From Vermamoeba vermiformis (taxonomy: Eukaryota), in the NCBI GenBank assembly GCA_045837725.1, contig JBEWZL010000036.1, positions 1-64,000 on the forward strand: a DNA stretch of 64,000 nt, read 5' to 3'. Positions 1 to 12,877 of the stretch are shown one piece after another (position 1 is the first letter of the stretch; each line of letters starts with the position of its first letter). Under the pieces are notes generated by a model. The model made no database searches. It was not told where the DNA came from and saw only the letters and a program-made list of their open reading frames with translations. The position numbers and the translations under genes were made by a program.

Positions 1-1362
1 TAAAATATTGAGCAAGCGAGACAAAGACCCGCCAACACCCACATCGCAATTTGAATGTCAGATCCAACTGCTTCAAACGGAACTACAAATTTTCCGCGTT
101 AATTCCATTGGATATTTAATGATAAAACGTAAGACATGCTTACCGATAATGATCCAGTTCTCCCATTTTTCTTCGTTGTCTAAGATCCAGTTGCACGCAA
201 GTTCGAAAGCGGATGTGCCATTCAAAACCGTTGCGTCAATCATCTCCGAAATTTCATCCGTAGATAGTGAATAGGCCTGTACGAGGTATGATGCGTCTGG
301 AAGCTCTTCGTCAAAGTCTACCCACATCAATTTACCTAAGATCTGATATGGGTACAGTGCTTGCGCTAGTGCAACAAATTAGTGATGTCACACTAACAAC
401 CGCCATAATGTCACTTACCGTCCTCGGGAAGTGTTATCCTGACGAGATCATACATGCTCATCAACGGATTGGGACTCCACAAGAAGAACAACATTGGTTC
501 TTCACGCGCGTATCGTTCTGCCAACAGTGCCACGAACTCTTGGGTGCCATTCAATATTTCAGCACGAAGGTCGTAGCCATACTTGTCAATAATAACTTGC
601 TCCGGACCACTCCACGCCTGGTCACCAACAATGAAAGTGTTGTTGAAGTAGCGTGAAACATTCGGATTTGTAAAGTCAGCGGCGAGGACTGATGGAACGT
701 CCTTCAATACGTATCTAGGCACGTACCAGCCTAGTGGTATACAAATTAAATTAACTGCGCCAGATTCTCGGGTAAAACTCCGCAGCAAAATTTACTCGTC
801 TTTGTTTGGAAAAACTAAACACTAAACGCTTGATTGATTTGCTGCCTCTATTAACCACTTACCCATGGCGCCAATTACTCCGACGGGACCAGCAGGAACA
901 ATCGATTTGTCTTGGTAAAAGTACTTCTGTTCCAATGCAGAAGCAGTTGAAGGCCTTAAAATGGTATTAAGTTTATACTTCGTAGTATTGGTGGTCTAAG
1001 CTTACCAATACTCCAGCATTGCATGAATTCGTCCTGCAGCAATTTCTTCCCAAACCGAGATTGGATCGGTTACAACAAGATTGTTTTGAACGCCAACAAC
1101 CTCATCGAGCAGGATACTCACAATATACGAGTGAATGTCCGAGGTAACGTAGCCAGTGAAGGCGATGTTAGCCTGGGACCTATACTCGTAACCTATTTTT
1201 GGCAAGGTCAGCTGGCAATTTAAGTCGAGCAGTCTATAAGCGCCTACCTCCATCTCTCGGCTTGCCTAAGCAGGGCTCTCGATCTCGCGAGGCATAATAT
1301 TCTTGAGAAATCGCGCCGCATACCAACGAAGCAATGAATATGAGTAAGCAAGCTCTAAGCAT
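1..1362 (-). CDS. Secreted/receptor protein with a periplasmic-binding-protein (glycine-betaine/OpuAC-like) domain; runs off the window
   Basis: Signal peptide MLRACLLIFIASLVCGAIS at 1362. Exons VWEEIAAGRIHAMLEYW, GWYVPRYV, PMLFFLWSPNPLMSMYDLVRITLP and AFELACNWILDNEEKWENW resemble the OpuAC substrate-binding fold. GT-AG introns. Confidence 0.6.
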
Positions 1363-1905
1363 TTAAGCAAACTAACAGGGACTTGTTGCTGTTGTGTTGA
1401 TTCTGTTGGGAAAATGCGGTATAAGTGCTTTTACGTTGGAGTTCCAATTTTAAAATAATCTTGTCAGCGGTGTGTCAACTTATTTTGCATTGCACCGCGC
1501 AGTAAATTAGTCCGTCGTGACACAACATAAAATAAGTGTAAATGCAGCTTTAAAAAATTTTACATTTTGTAAACCTTGTGGTTTTTAAATCTAACGGCAA
1601 GATATATGCGTTAAGCAGCACAAATCTGCAGATACGAAGTCAGATGAACCAAAATTACCTTTTTTCTAGCTCGATAATTAATTTCTGCATGTCCATGCTT
1701 GTAAATATTTAAATATGATTTTTTCTCAATTAAACGAAAGATGCCGATCCGAGCAGCTTGATCTTGCTTCTGTTATTTTAAATAATAGCTCATGGTTGAT
1801 CGCGACTGTTCAGAGTTGCTACGATAATTTTGGTGGATTGAATCGTTTGTGGTTTCACATGTAAACAAATAAAATACTAATTTACTAGTTACGACAACGA
1901 GCTGC

Positions 1906-4068
1906 TCATTTCCTGCAGCGAGGGATCTTCCACCAAGGAATTACAAACACGCCAGCTAGACCGAACGAAATCAAGCCAAGGAAAAATTGGAGTGCTGCAC
2001 CGCCGTGTTCCTCGAGCTCTCCAACTGCGAGCACAAGTGTTAGCAAGGCACAGCACAAGCACGCACTACTTAGTACTACTTACGTATGCCCATGTTGATG
2101 AAAGCAATGACTCCCGAGGCGAATATCGGACCTACTCCGAAGATACATGAGAAGATGTAGCCCATCCAGCCCTTGTAATACAACATTGGACAGCACGTAA
2201 GTCGATCAGGATATGCCAACACTCGAAGCTTCGAGAAGCAGCACAAGCAGCAGCCGTTAAATGTGTCCTTGACTCCACCATACTCAACCTACAATCTGAG
2301 TTAATAATCGCCGTCACTCGATGCAAGAACAACTTACTTCGACGGTACAATCACACGACGTAATACTTGTTGAAGTTTTCTTGTCAATTGTTCGCCCTGT
2401 GGCCACGTCGATTGTTTTCGTCGTTGTTTTAGTGTAATGCACTTCCATCTCCCATTGTGTGACGTCGCCTAGGTAAAGCATTGGTTAAACTAAGAAGTCT
2501 TAAACACCAACGGTGCTTACCGTCATACACTTGGCCTTTTCTCATCAAATCTTGAAAACAAGGGTTGAAAAAGACGAGCGAGAAAAAAATTCCAATTGCC
2601 AGCAAAATAATGTAGATTACGAAGTGCGTTTGAGTGGGAAAGTAAGGGAAGAACGAATCGGCGCAAGGACGAGTCGTGTCCAATGTCACTTGAACGTCAC
2701 CGCCACCGCGAATGAGGAAATACTGATCGTATCCTTCAACGTTGAAGCACTGAGTCTGGCGTACAAAATGACGTTAGCAGCTGTCTTTAAATGCCCAACA
2801 AGCTACTTACCGTCGTTGGAGTATAAACAGAATCGGATTTGAGTGCTACTGAATCGGGTGACTCGTACAGAGCGTTGTAGGTGTAAGTGCCGGCAATAGT
2901 GACTGATTGCAAGCCTACCAAGCCACCGTCGTTGCGTTGAATCAGAAGAATGCTGAAGTCAGCTGCTAGCGCTGCGCTAGGGTTGGAAGGATTGACGACA
3001 ACGGGATCTGACGTTGTTCGGTTAGCAATGCCATTAACTCTGCAATTGGATAGCTTCACTTACTAAGATAAGTAATGTTGACCTTGGGGTCTGCAGTAAC
3101 ATTCAGCGCCTCAATCGTAGCGACAGCGGTGGACTCGGTAGAGGTACCTACGTTACTGAGCAGAGTCTCGAAATATCTACGATCTGAATTGGCGTAATTC
3201 ACTTCGAGGTTGGAGTTATCGCTGACAAAACGTTAATTCTGAACTCGATCAGATCCGCGATCTGGATAGTCAGCGCATACCTTGTAGTTTCAATACTATA
3301 GAGAAAGTTACTCTGAATTAGAACAAAATTCTTCGGTTGTACGGCAAGAACGAAGCTAACAGAGGTGTTTGTTAAGCCAATAATCGTTGACGAATTGATT
3401 GGGCCAGATTCGACATCTGCAGCAAAACAGTTGAACCTATTAGAAGGGATTAATGATTAATGTTCTGAGCAATAAATTCCAATTTACCAAGTTTGTCCCT
3501 CGGACGTCGCTTGATATTGGATTATTCCGGGACCAGACCACGGAATAACTACCGATCTGTCATTTCGGGAGGAGGATAGCGAGCAATCAGTGCCTAAGGA
3601 TGCATTACAACTTGCGTCACTATTGACATAAAAAGAGTGCGCTTACTTTGCCCGCAAGTGAAAAACGGACTTGTAGTTGCGAAATCCGTTTGGTTGGCCG
3701 CGATGGACAAGCTGTAGCCCGTTACCGTTGCGTTCTTCACTAATTCTAGTTGCAAGAGTCTATAATACCTCGTATTAGCCAAATTGTCTCCACAATGCGA
3801 TTACCTACCCGAAACGTATTAGCGCTGTAGAAGGATAGCCAGCAGCATCGTTGCCGCACGGAGCAATAAGCGAAGCAGTGCCGTCGTCTCCTGTATAACC
3901 CGCGGGCTCTGGAGACGTAACCCAACTGTAATATAAACAATTAGTATCAGGAATTACCGTGCTTAATTAGGCAATGTAAATTTACCTGGCAGTTTCTACC
4001 AGCGCGATTGAAGCAAGAGCTAACAAGCAGACAAAATAGAGTGATGGTAGTCGTGGTGCGCGATTCAT
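1906..4068 (-). CDS. Signal-peptide protein with a beta-rich ectodomain and several C-terminal TM segments; function unknown
   Basis: N-terminus MNRAPRLPSLYFVCLLALASIALVETA. TM segments FVIYIILLAIGIFFSLVFF, YIFSCIFGVGPIFASGVIAFI and LQFFLGLISFGLAGVFVIPWW. Multi-exon. Confidence 0.55.
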
Positions 4069-5033
4069 TGTGTTGTTGAATAAAGCGAATTAAAAGAACA
4101 ACACAATAAGAGGTTGAGCCACACGTGCGCAAATCACAAAAAAAAGAATTGGAGGTTGGAGCGGGCAATCACCGACTTGAGATTGAATTGGCGGTTGGTT
4201 TGCTTTGAATTCGTTCCGTTCGAATTATCGCGCATTATTTTAGGTACGCGTTGTAACGTAACGTCTACATGTCTCCAACTGCTGATATTATCATGCCTAA
4301 ACTTTCATTTCACCACCAGCATCCCTGTCAAAATTAATATTAACCACCGAGCCCAATCTGCCGATGACTTCGCTCCAGTAAGAGAAGAAACGAGATCTTA
4401 TATTACCAGGTTCGAAAATAAGGATAAGACAATCCGTATAAAATCTATTACGGCATATTACTATGAATAATAAAGCAGTAAAAGTAATTTCAAAATAATT
4501 AGTAATTTATGGGCAGAAATTAATTTAAATTATTTAAACCGCTCAGATAACTTTATGAACACTTCGGTAAAACGCCCAGGGCACATAACCTGCCATAAAA
4601 TGTCAAAAATACTTACAACTACTCGTAAAATACACTTTTCTCTTATCAGCCTTATAACTCACAGCTTATCAGGCTTTGTTGCATCTAGCGCCTGTGAGTT
4701 ATAAGGCTCCATTGGGTTCGTAATTTACGATTTTAATGTATGGTTTTCGCGGCTTCCTTGTTGTTGGTGTTGGGCTTGGGGTGGGTAATATTTCTAATTT
4801 TTTTTCCTTTTTGATCCCGCGAACACGCACGTCAAATTGTTGTTGGTACTCGATGGAATTGACGGACACAGAGCATATTGTATGCTGTCGCCAATTTATA
4901 AGTATGTAGGAGATTTTGCACAACCGATCCTGTTTTGCTTCTAAAAAGCGGTGAATAATTAAATTACTTAAAATAACTGTTTATGCAAAAAAGGCAAAAA
5001 ACGGCGTTATTCCGCTAACAATAAAAGAAAGCT

Positions 5034-7522
5034 CTACAAGTACATGACAAGAGCTGATAAAGCGGATAATAACACATCGACAGCATTAATCTGCAATGCG
5101 TTGCTAACCTTGCCAGGAGCTGTGCACTGAGCGGCTTCAGTGTAATTCAGACACGTTGAGTTAGCACTCAACCGCGGAATACAGCTTGTCGCAGTGGCAC
5201 ACCAGACGCAACCAGTTTGTCCGAAGCAATCGCTGCACGAAGAAGCTGAGCACGTTACAGGCTCAACAGGGCACGAGGCGTAGTTCCAATAGGCCGTTGG
5301 ACAATAACTGTCAGAGCCATAGAAGTCACCTGATGTAACATTAGAGCTGAGTGGAAGACAGCATTTACGTACCTTTTTGACAAGTACTGCTGTACGAGCA
5401 CCAGCCACAGCCTCCAACGGGAGTGCACGATGAGCACGAGTCAAACGAGCTGCAGATGTCATTATTGGCAACGGGGCTAGAAGAAGGATTTGAGCTGGGG
5501 ACAGCAGACGAGTCTGTACCACGTTAGCAAAAGAGCTATCTCAGTGGATGCTACGTACCAAAGCTAGCTGTAAGAGTGAAAGGCTTGGCGTTGCCTTTGA
5601 CCATCACGTGCCACTTGCCGACTGCGAATGATGTAAGCGGAACATTTCTAAAACAGTTCGTAAGTACTTCTGGCCAGGATTCTTAACACAGTACTTACAT
5701 TGTAGAGTAGCTGTAGTAGTCATAAGCGGAGGTCGTGGGCTCTCGATTGAATGCGAGATACACCGCCTGCGACACCTGACTCGACACGGACAAGCGAATA
5801 GCCATGGCTATGCTTCGTAAGTATTGCTTTTAAGTTTAGTAATCTTACTTACGGGTCATATTTGCAGTAACCTCGAATGAAAATCGAGTTGTTGTTGTCC
5901 AATAGTTGTCACCAGACCAGAAAGATAATGCTTGGTATGGTACGTGGCTACGTAACTCAATCGGGCATGTGACATTGCCTGCGACATAGTTAGATAACAT
6001 TTTCTGAATAGGCTATCCACATACTGGTCAGGAGCGAGAGTGCGACAGATGATTGGTCAGCGAAGGAACGAACGGCAAAATACACTGTGTTCACCGCTTG
6101 AATGTCACACGGAGATGCTGGCAACGATTTGGTACCGCTGTTGCTGTTATACAACGCATAATAACTCGATGTAGGCTGTGCGTCATATTGCATGTAAGTA
6201 GATGTGGTGCCTGTAATTGGCTGAGCTAAAAACACGACGTATTGATTTTGATTGGCGCTGACATCTGTTTTAGCAATCGGTCAGCGTATGTCACAGACAT
6301 TAGGCAATTACCATATGTGTAGTACAGCCAGTGACCAGAGTGGATTACGAGCGTTTCGGAGAATGCAGAAGTAATCGGAGTGACGCACTTGTGGGGCACA
6401 GTGTTTACGGTAAGCTGCATTTGACCACCCGAACCTCCCCAAATAGAGATGTAATATTTACCAGCAGAGACTGTGCAAGGATCCAAGCTGAGGAACTTGT
6501 TGTTCGTGTCGCCTGTGTATCGATCGAGATTATCAGATGTTGTAGGGAGGCGATCTTTCTGCACAAAGATCTCGACATAATCCGCAGTTATTTCCTTGAC
6601 GTTGATGTTCAAGAAATTATTATCAGCGACGTCTATAACATAGTGCTGCCAAGTGTGATAAAGAGGATCGTAGATTTCGGAAAAACCAGATGTAATTGGA
6701 AGAGGGCAGGAACGAAGTCCTGGTACGTCAGATTAGTTAACGTACTCGTTAGGCTTGTCACTTACTATTCTCAAAAGAACCTCCGAATTGCTTGAAAGCG
6801 TTTGACTGACCATTCAACAAGGCAATGAAATGGCGACCGACGGACAAACAACTAAGTTGAATAGTACGGTCTGAGGTCCAGGTCCAGTAATCCAAGTACA
6901 AAGACGAAGTAGGTCTAATATCTTTGTTCCAGTAGATGTAGTTGTAGTCCGTGCTTCCTTGCAGCAGTTGCGCTCTGAATCGCAAAGTATTCTGATCCGC
7001 AGTGGTGACGTCGAAGTAGTAGTAGCGATACTCTCCTGGACCCATTTGGGTGGTTGGTAGTGTGGTATTCAGTGAAAGCGGAGTAATGCAAAGTTGGTCA
7101 CCTATTGCAAAAGAATTAGATCACAAGTTGATTCACTTGCAACACAGACGAATTGTTACAGTGAACTGAGCATTGGAAACAGCAGCATCTGGTCTGAAGG
7201 CGATGTACATGGTGCCTGCAAGGTCGTTGTCGGTGATGAAGCACGAAAATACTTTCAGCCTGTTGTTGCCAGGAGAGACGTAATCCCGTTCAGAGTAAAC
7301 TGAAGTTGTGGGAAGTTGGCCAGAGCGAAAGTAAAAGTACGAGTAAACGCTAGAGATAGCAGTCGATATGTCGATTTCCTGGTTAGCAGCTACAGGGATC
7401 GAAAAGTAGGTCATTGCACCGCCGACTGAGTTGACAGTGATAGTTTGGCCAGATGTCACAGGTGTCACTGTTTGACAAGCGACCAGCTGCAAGGCTACGA
7501 GAACGAAGAAGAGCTTCAACAT
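5034..7522 (-). CDS. Secreted/GPI-type surface protein with repeated beta-sandwich (PPC-like) domains and C-terminal PSI-like Cys repeats
   Basis: Signal peptide MLKLFFVLVALQLVAC. Repeats of Y(R/L)YYxF..xxxPTxSxYD. Cys repeat SCSDCFGQTGCVWCATATSC. Hydrophobic C-terminal tail. Confidence 0.65.
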
Positions 7523-8081
7523 GTTGTGCTGTCGATCAACGGAGAGAGTAGTAAACTGACACAAAGAAACAGTTTTCTATTTCTACTGAAAAAGTTGCAT
7601 AAATTTCATAGTCGCGTGGACCAATCATTGCTTGCGAATTGAATAAAATAATGCCGTTTGTTGTGCGGTTTACATTCGTTGCACTTGCAAATCAAATTAA
7701 GTTGATCAATTTCTTTTGTAGTCCTTACAACCGTATTAGAATCTGATAAGCGCTCTTTGTACTACTAACCCCAACATTAATGATTCATTAACACACCTTC
7801 GGTAAAAATCCAGCACTCATCGGCTTTAATCGCGCTCGATCCACTTTTTCAACACTCACTAACATTATTAACCAGCAATTCAATCGCGGCGTTTTACCGC
7901 CGTGGACACATTTAATGTCAGACCAATTCGTTTTTTTGTCCACAAAAGAATCACAAGTGAACACTAGACAACTCTCAGAAACACCGATTGCAAGTTACAA
8001 GCATCAACACAAACAACATTCATGATTATAGTAAACGTATCTTGCTTTTATTCATGATTTCAACGTGCTTGACAAAAAAAA

Positions 8082-8831
8082 TTAAACTTCGGGAATTTCC
8101 TTGTTGATTGGACCTACAATGTTTCGTTAAAAGAGTCTGTCAACCAGTTACTCTATAGAAGTCATGTCAGTACCTTGCTTGGCCTTTCGAATCATTTCTG
8201 TGAGTTCGTCGGCGTTAGAGACACCGGTAATCAATTGCCAGCAGCAACAGCGTGCTTTAGGGTTGTAAATGACGATACCTGCGCGAACAAACGGGATTGA
8301 TACGATGTAAATAACTTGGAAGAATTACTGACCTTCACTACACGAATCACAACAAGTTGGGCAGCACGAGCAGTGAGTGCAAGCAGGATTGCAGCAACCA
8401 GCGCGTGAGACCTCGTTGAGAATAGTGCGGTCAAAATAGACCACATCGACGTTGTCAGGCACGCAGCAACAGCAGCACATCATCTTCGAGTGCGGGTAGT
8501 TGGTCTCAATGCGGTTCTCATGCACTTGCACATAAGTACTTTGCCAGACTCGTTTGTAAGTACCTTTGGCAGTAGTTATTACAAAGCTCATCGTCATATG
8601 AGATTAATACTTACAAAGTAGACCGCTGCACGGGTTCATAATGCCCAAACAGAACAACCATCGCTCGTAACGATCTGCAATCTTGGCTCGGTACTCGATC
8701 TAGTAGGCAAATAGATCATTAATAACCGGATTGCTGTCACTACGGCACCGCTTTACCGAAATCTTGGTCGGGTCTCGCGTATTGATCATGGATCTGGACG
8801 AGGTATTGTTGTGAGGACCTGAGCGACTCAT
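8082..8831 (-). CDS. Small cysteine-rich protein, function unknown
   Basis: Spliced ORF containing STYVQVHENRIETNYP..CCCCC..DNVDVVYFDR..GCCNPACTHCSCCPTCCDSC. Confidence 0.55.
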
Positions 8832-9056
8832 CTTGTCTTCTGTGGCTTATTTTAGGTTAGTATTTTGAGTTGAATAACAAATAAATCTATTCGTTTTTTG
8901 AAGGCGGAAAAACTGATTTGTGAGTTACACAGTACAGCGTTGCACGTGGCCACGGAGTTCACAAAAAAAAAAGAATTGAGAGCTCGCTGGGAGATCATTG
9001 ATAGTCCAGAAACACAATCAGTAATTGATGTAATTAATCAACGAATTGAGACGACC

Positions 9057-11124
9057 ATGGATGAACTGGGTACGGCATTTGCTGTCCGAAATATCACACT
9101 CCTAATGAATGCTAAATTTAGAAAGCGACATCTTTGCTATTGTTGGCATTGGCAGCGTGGATGATGTGAAGAATATTCTAGCTCGCGGCATTGACATCAA
9201 TATCGTGAATAGCTCGGGGGCATCACTTTTGCACTTCGCTGCTTTTAACAGTCGCGTTGATGTGATGGATTTACTCATCAGCAATGGTAAGATGTCTTGA
9301 ACTGACCGAATCTTATTAACGCATTTGTTAGGAATAAATCTCGGCCAAGTCACTAACGACACGGGTCAGATCGCGCTTCATTGGGCTGCTGCAGGAAATT
9401 CCGTGAGCGCAATACATAAATTGATACTACACGGGTGTAACGCAAGCATACGAGACAGTTCAGGTACCAGAACTTCCTCCAAAATATCTATGCGTAATTC
9501 TTTTTTACATGAAGGAAAAACCATCGCACACATCGCCGCCGAACATGGCGCGGTTGAAGTGCTGCATTACTTGGAGACTGAAGGACTATTGACCAGTGAT
9601 CGAGATAACAAAGGTAAAATACAGCTTTTTCCACATTCACCTGATTAATTCATGTCAGGTTATCACGCACTGCACTGGGCCGTAGTCTCCGAGAATATAA
9701 ATGCGCTAAGATATTTGACGCCGCTGTTCGACGTCAATGTCAAGAGCCACACTGGCATCACTCCGCTACATTTGGCCGCAGGACTAGGTACGTTCATCAA
9801 CTCGCTCAACGAAGCAGCTCAAATAACGGAACAATTAATTGTAGGAAAAACTGAAGCAGTACGATTTCTAGCTGAACTGAACTCGCCTTCAGTCGAAGAG
9901 CTCGATTCGAAACAACGAACTGCGATAGATGTGGCAGTGGAAAATGCACAACAAGCAACGATCGATGTGATGCGCCAAGCAGTGTTATTGAGCCAGCTAG
10001 GAGGTAGGTTGATATCCATAGTGACACTAGTGTTTAACTGGAAATTTCTCACGCGACCGCAACAGATAAATTTGGCACCAGGTCACAATACCTCGGTTGG
10101 TTCTTGTTGCCGTTGCTCGCTCCAATCATCTTGTACCTCCTAGCGACTGCTCAGTGGCTGTTGTTTGGCGCCATTTTGATCGCGCTTATCATTGCGCACT
10201 CAGTCGGAGCACTGCCGTACTGTTTCTCGCGCAACGAGTACTTCATCTGCGGCTGTGCATGCGCGCTGTGGTGCTATGTCGTACTGCCTCATAGTCTATT
10301 CTATTCGCTGGGTAATCGAGCCTTTTCGCACCTCAATGTCAAACTAACAAATTGCCGTGTAGACACGACGACCAGTGTCAGTCTCACAGCACTGCGACTT
10401 ATTATCGCCGCGTTGTATCTCCGATGTGCTTTGTCTACGCCGAAACAAATCGAAAAGGACGAGGTAGGCACTGACCTTTGATTGATTGCAAGCTCACTAA
10501 CCGCATTGCTAGCACCACTCGGTCGACAACAGAAAAGTCTGTCCCACGTGTCGAGTACGTACGACATTCTTGTCCCGCGAGTGGCAGTTACTCACTGTGT
10601 GTTTAGACTAAAATCCCATTGCGCACCAAGCACTGTCGCGTCACGAACAAATGTGTCGCGCGATTCGATCACTACTGCGTGTGGATTGCGAACTCAGTCG
10701 GCGCTCACAATCACGTGCCGTTCATGGGGTTCTTGATCGCCGTGCTGCTGAACAGCTTCATCTCCGCTACTATCAGCGTCGCAGGTAACACTCAAACCAA
10801 ACGGAATAGATCCAACTAAGTTCTTACAAATCTGTAGGATTGCTTACCTTCTATAACGCTGTGCCCTCGATCTATGATGTCCTCACTGCCTCGGAGTCGT
10901 ACGGTCATTTGATTTTGATAGGCATCAATGCAACGATGTTCGTGTGGTTGGCCATCTTGTTCAAGGCACAATTGCACGGCGTGCTGCACAACGTTACATT
11001 TAATGAGTTGATTCATTGGCGAAAATATGAGTACATGCAAGTTGCTGGCAAATTTCACAATCCCTTCAACTCAGGATCCAAATGTAAAAATATTGCAGAT
11101 TTTTTTGTTTGCTATCAATATTAA
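9057..11124 (+). CDS. AKR1: Ankyrin-repeat DHHC palmitoyltransferase (Akr1/ZDHHC13/17-like, DHYC variant)
   Basis: Ankyrin repeats ([30 protein letters not shown]), TM segments, and the Cys-rich domain [31 protein letters not shown] followed by NVTFNE. Confidence 0.88.
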
Positions 11125-12184
11125 TCGTTATAACTTGATTGTCGAAAAAGATTTTTGCGAGCAAGTCATAAATTGCTATCACTATAATTAATATTAATAA
11201 GTAGATTATAAGAATGTCGAATATAATAAACAATAAAATCCTACCTTTTTCGTTATTGCGGTGCGGAATCAGGACGCACGTAATGCTGATTAATGCTTAT
11301 ATATAGCTATTTTGTTTATGATCGATTCCTTTGTACTTTTGTGCTTGTTGCACGTAAAAAACATAATCGTTATTTTAAAAGCACCGAGTGCATCAAGTAT
11401 AACTGAATATCACTAAAAATGCAGCAACTCTACGTATAGTTATTTTAAACAAGCTAGTTTGTAAGTATCGGTGGACTCGCGAACTCCATTTAACCCGGAT
11501 TCGACATCTAACGTGGAGTCAACGTTAAAGATATTCTTATTTAATTTACAATTATATTTACGGAGACTACTATATAATAACAATCGGAAATAAATTAATT
11601 AATTAATGACGGTTTTTCAGACGCGACGAAACAATGAAAAGCCGACCATTCATTAAAGTGGTGCACAAATAAAAATCGCAACGTTGCGCTCGAGCGCTAA
11701 GTGGCCGACAGGTAAAATTAACGCGGTTTTAAAAATTTATACAAATCAGAAGTAATTCCGCCGCTCAATTCTCGTCCTCTGATTGGTCAAACTTGGAGGT
11801 TAAACTGAACGCCTAAATTTTGGTTTCGCCCCTGAAATTTGCGACTCACACCCAAATTTTTTGTTTCTTTTTTTTCTTTGTCAAACCAATCAAAATCCTG
11901 TCATGAAGACCACGATTAAACGCGCATAATATGAGCTACAAGCACTTCGCTTCGACACGCACGACGTGGTTTCGGTTGTTCTAGTAACCAGGCAGGAACT
12001 CAGCGTAGCTGTAAGTTTTTCCGCAGAATTATTAAAAGATATTTTGATGAATATAAATCTAAATATTCAAATTATTGGCCTTAAATACGCATAAAAAATT
12101 ATTCTAACGGTACATTATACTGAAATATTTTTTTAGGTTGGTTGGATCAACGATCTTGCCGTTTCTGCCGCCTGTCTCAAGTTG

Positions 12185-12533
12185 GTATGTTTTCTAACAA
12201 CATACTTGAAATCCCTTCATACTCGGTTTCGCTTCGGTCGCGAATCTACTTGTCTTTGGTGCGAGTGAGTTGATCTGCCGTTTTGGTGGATTCAACCTAC
12301 GTCACACTAGTTGCCACATTGGTGAGCTGATCCCTCACCGATCAAACCATTTTCTCTGGATCAGCAGAGAGAGGTACCGCGGCCTCCCAATGGTTTGGTC
12401 CCATGTGTGCAATTGAGTTGGAGTAAGTCTTCAGCTGTGTGACGCGTTCATGAGCACTGGGGCGTTTTCCCTGCCCCCTAAGGCAAGCATTCCGTGTATT
12501 GTAGGCTAATTTTCAATTTTCCGACACTTAAAG
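12185..12533 (+). ncRNA. Unassigned structured RNA inside an unusually long intron of an apparently non-coding spliced transcript
   Basis: Many nested stems with G-U pairs on the + strand (see findings). Flanked by a GTATGT donor at 12185 and CTAAT..AAAG acceptor at 12533. No ORF. Confidence 0.6.
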
Positions 12534-12877
12534 TCGCGAGTAGTCTACTGAGGATTTCATTTTTAAGGCACAAACGAAGCACAGCTCAAGATCGCGTAAA
12601 AGGTAACCTCTGTTTAACTGATCTGACTCAATTCTGATGCCCTTCTTCCTAAAAGGACGCTATGGACACGAGCGATACTGCGAGCAAATAAATAAAATCA
12701 TGACGAGCTGTCTTTTGCGTGTGCTTGATTTTTTTGTGAGCGAAAATTAAGAGAAACTTGAAAATTTTGAGCGTTTCACAAAAAATTTATCAAAAAAAGC
12801 GTTCACTTTAACCTCCAACTATGAAAGTAAACCAAACGGACAATCATTATTCCTAACTATTACATTACACCAACACA

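Noticed and set aside
10660-10680. DHYC instead of DHHC as a novelty
   Set aside because: Known variant in the Akr1 family.
11903-12184. Stop-codon readthrough ORF MKTTIKRA*YELQALRF..
   Set aside because: Short, no recognisable homology, and the next exon has in-frame stops. Other genes use TAA as a normal stop.
12140-12533. Assignment of the structured RNA to RNase MRP/P, U1, U3, U17/snR30, SRP or TPP/B12 riboswitch
   Set aside because: Only fragments resemble these families (GAAATCCC..GGGGC, ATACTT, AAACCAT, GAGTGAG). The full conserved motifs and their order are absent.
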